64,000 nt of DNA from contig ML978121.1 of the NCBI GenBank assembly GCA_010015805.1, positions 558,001 through 622,000 of the forward strand, read 5' to 3'. Of the stretch, positions 63,731-64,000 are shown piece after piece (positions within the stretch are counted from its first letter, which is position 1; each line of letters opens with the position of its first letter). Position numbers and translations under genes: made by a program. Source of the stretch: Rhizodiscina lignyota (Eukaryota). The notes below the pieces were generated by a model. It did not search any database. It was not told the DNA's origin and worked only from the letters and a program-made list of their open reading frames with translations.

Positions 63731-64000
63731 TAGCTAAGCCAATCACAGAATCAGAAAACTCACGGATTTACTCGCAGGCACGGAGCTGTAGGCACGCATT
63801 GTGGGGACTTCAATTTCACGATGTTCTGAACATAGAGGCACTTTCTATTCATTCACCGGTTTTTTATTTGTCTGACTGACTAATATACTGTACTGTGCAC
63901 CGGGAATTCGCAAGTGAGCAAGCATCATCGTCGAAGGCAAGAAACTGCAGGCGCCCTAGTACGAGAACCCCGAAGGGACCGATCCAATAGGGTCAGGAAT

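Overview
Gene-dense eukaryotic DNA from a filamentous ascomycete (Pezizomycotina-type): mostly 48-70 nt GT..AG introns with CTRAC/CTAAT branch points. About 28 protein-coding genes can be reconstructed by splicing the ORF track by eye. Core genes: PTR2-type peptide transporter (partial), polyubiquitin UBI4, ETP1/BRAP2-type RING ligase, FBP1, RPS5, SEC65/SRP19, DBP6, a LAMMER kinase, a class III aminotransferase, ALO1, MHF2/CENP-X, prefoldin 4 and two MFS transporters. Accessory, defence-type genes are interspersed: a PNP_UDP-NB-ARC-TPR NLR-like receptor whose TPR array contains a 518-N assembly gap, a decayed second PNP copy just upstream of it, a stand-alone TRI101-like acetyltransferase, a secreted aspartic protease with a His/Asp/Pro octapeptide-repeat insert, a CorA-like-tail membrane protein, cupin, ABM and GlcG/HbpS small proteins, and an orphan coiled-coil ORF. 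The least explained elements are a 4 x 165-bp RIP-marked tandem array at 63.1-63.7 kb and a 36-bp repeat at 54.1-54.2 kb that reads as an amyloid-like YNFTSGxNRGYG motif in one frame. No rRNA, tRNA, CRISPR array or intact transposon was seen. All calls come from motif recognition and manual splicing; no database search was run.
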